Source: Nitrospirota bacterium (GTDB taxonomy: Bacteria > Nitrospirota > UBA9217). From it: DNA of 64,000 nt. The notes beneath the pieces were generated by a model. That model was not told the DNA's origin. It did not search any database and was given only the letters and a program-made list of their open reading frames with translations. The position numbers and the translations under genes are program-made. Location: the NCBI GenBank assembly GCA_963845065.1, contig CAWJQQ010000006.1:352001-416000 (forward strand). Direction: 5' to 3'. Of this stretch, positions 62,754 to 64,000 are shown piece after piece. Every line of letters starts with the position of its first letter. The first letter of the stretch is position 1.

Positions 62754-64000
62754 ATGAAAAGAAGCTCACAAATACTCTTCTACTTTCTGGCAGTGTTGAT
62801 GCTTATCAGCATGTTTCGCCTTTTTTCAGAACCACCGACCGAGGACGTTCCTTATAGCGATTTTAAGACACTTTTGTCCGAAAAAAAAGTAAAAGATATT
62901 GTTATCACACGGGACCATATCCGGGGCGTACGCATCCCGGAAAAAGCGGGAGAAAAAGAAAAGCCCTTCACTGTCGTGCGTGTTGATGATAATGATTTGA
63001 TAAAAAATCTCGATGCAAATGGCATCGCCTATCGCGGAGAGATTTCGGAAAACTGGCTCCGCGATTTCTTGCTCACCTGGATCCTGCCGCTGGCCGTACT
63101 TATGCTCATTTGGAGCTTCGTATTCAGACGGATGAGTGCCGGCGGGCCTGGAGAGTCCTTTATGAGCTTCGGTAAGTCCCGCGCTAAGATCTACGGCGAA
63201 AGCGATGTAAAGGTCACCTTTAACGACGTGGCGGGTGTGGATGAGGCCAAAGAAGAACTCATGGAAATCATCGAGTTCCTTCGTCACCCAGATAAATTCA
63301 CTAAACTCGGAGCACGCATTCCTAAGGGGGTTCTACTCGTCGGTCCTCCTGGCACAGGGAAAACGCTCCTTTCTAAGGCTGTTGCGGGCGAAGCCAAAGT
63401 GCCTTTCTTTTCGATGTCAGGTTCGGAATTTGTTGAAATGTTCGTCGGAGTTGGTGCCTCACGCGTTCGCGATCTTTTTCAGCAAGCAGTACAGAAGGCG
63501 CCATGCATTATCTTTATAGACGAGCTCGATGCCCTCGGCCGCGCGCGCGGGGCAGGGATTGCTGGAGCTCACGAGGAACGGGAGCAGACCCTTAACCAGC
63601 TTCTTGCAGAGATGGACGGCTTTGACCCACGCAAAGGTGTAATCATAATGGCTGCAACGAACCGGCCTGAGATTCTAGACCCGGCGCTTCTTCGACCTGG
63701 CCGCTTCGACCGGCACGTGCTGGTGGACCGACCCAACATCAAGGACCGCGAGGATATCCTTAAAATTCACATCAAGGGCGTCAAACTGTCGAAGGACGTG
63801 GATATCTCTGTTCTCGCTGCACGCACGCCCGGGTTTGTCGGGGCAGATTTGGCGAACATCGTAAACGAGGCTGCACTCTTAGCAGCGCGCAAGAACAAAT
63901 CTGAAGTTGACATGACCGACTTCGAAGCCGCCATCGATAGGATTATCGCCGGGCTCGAAAAAAAACGACGCGTTATGAACAAGAAAGAAAAAGAAACCGT
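62754..64000 (+). CDS. ftsH: ATP-dependent zinc metalloprotease FtsH (runs off the right edge; not in ORF track)
   Basis: [14 protein letters not shown].. two TMs, [65 protein letters not shown]. Confidence 0.96.
   Translation, partial: MKRSSQILFYFLAVLMLISMFRLFSEPPTEDVPYSDFKTLLSEKKVKDIVITRDHIRGVRIPEKAGEKEKPFTVVRVDDNDLIKNLDANGIAYRGEISENWLRDFLLTWILPLAVLMLIWSFVFRRMSAGGPGESFMSFGKSRAKIYGESDVKVTFNDVAGVDEAKEELMEIIEFLRHPDKFTKLGARIPKGVLLVGPPGTGKTLLSKAVAGEAKVPFFSMSGSEFVEMFVGVGASRVRDLFQQAVQKAPCIIFIDELDALGRARGAGIAGAHEEREQTLNQLLAEMDGFDPRKGVIIMAATNRPEILDPALLRPGRFDRHVLVDRPNIKDREDILKIHIKGVKLSKDVDISVLAARTPGFVGADLANIVNEAALLAARKNKSEVDMTDFEAAIDRIIAGLEKKRRVMNKKEKET

Noticed and set aside
1..64000. CRISPR array, rRNA, prophage or defence island
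   Set aside because: No regularly spaced repeats, rRNA motifs, phage structural genes or recognisable defence genes seen by eye

Overview
Chromosomal segment of a Gram-negative bacterium; gene content suggests a deltaproteobacterium/Nitrospirota-like organism (inference). Most genes are on the minus strand. Housekeeping genes: yajQ, lolA, ftsK, glgP, rnj, tRNA-Leu(GAG), ilvE, galT, coaX-birA-nadC-valS, icd, mnmA, HU and a partial ftsH. There are two chemosensory clusters. The first has a DUF4388/GAF protein, CheY, CheA, an ExeA-like ATPase, CheW and a long c-type-heme MCP. The second is a Pil-Chp-like (type IV pilus class) cluster ending in a RomR-like polarity regulator. Mobile DNA is abundant: intact IS1634-, IS481- and IS4-family elements with target-site duplications; decayed IS110, IS630, ISL3 and a second IS1634; an IS200/IS605-type miniature element; and an ORF-less group IIC intron remnant. 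Features the ORF track misses or misreads: a DsbA/FrnE-like selenoprotein (UxxC plus SECIS hairpin), a consensus sigma-28 promoter in front of an Arg-depleted TPR protein, a LuxR regulator split at an A_AAA_AAG slippery site, a 41-aa small ORF, and an SH3/dead-NlpC/P60/DUF1460 amidase fusion. No CRISPR array or prophage was seen. All family calls come from motif recognition by eye, not database searches.
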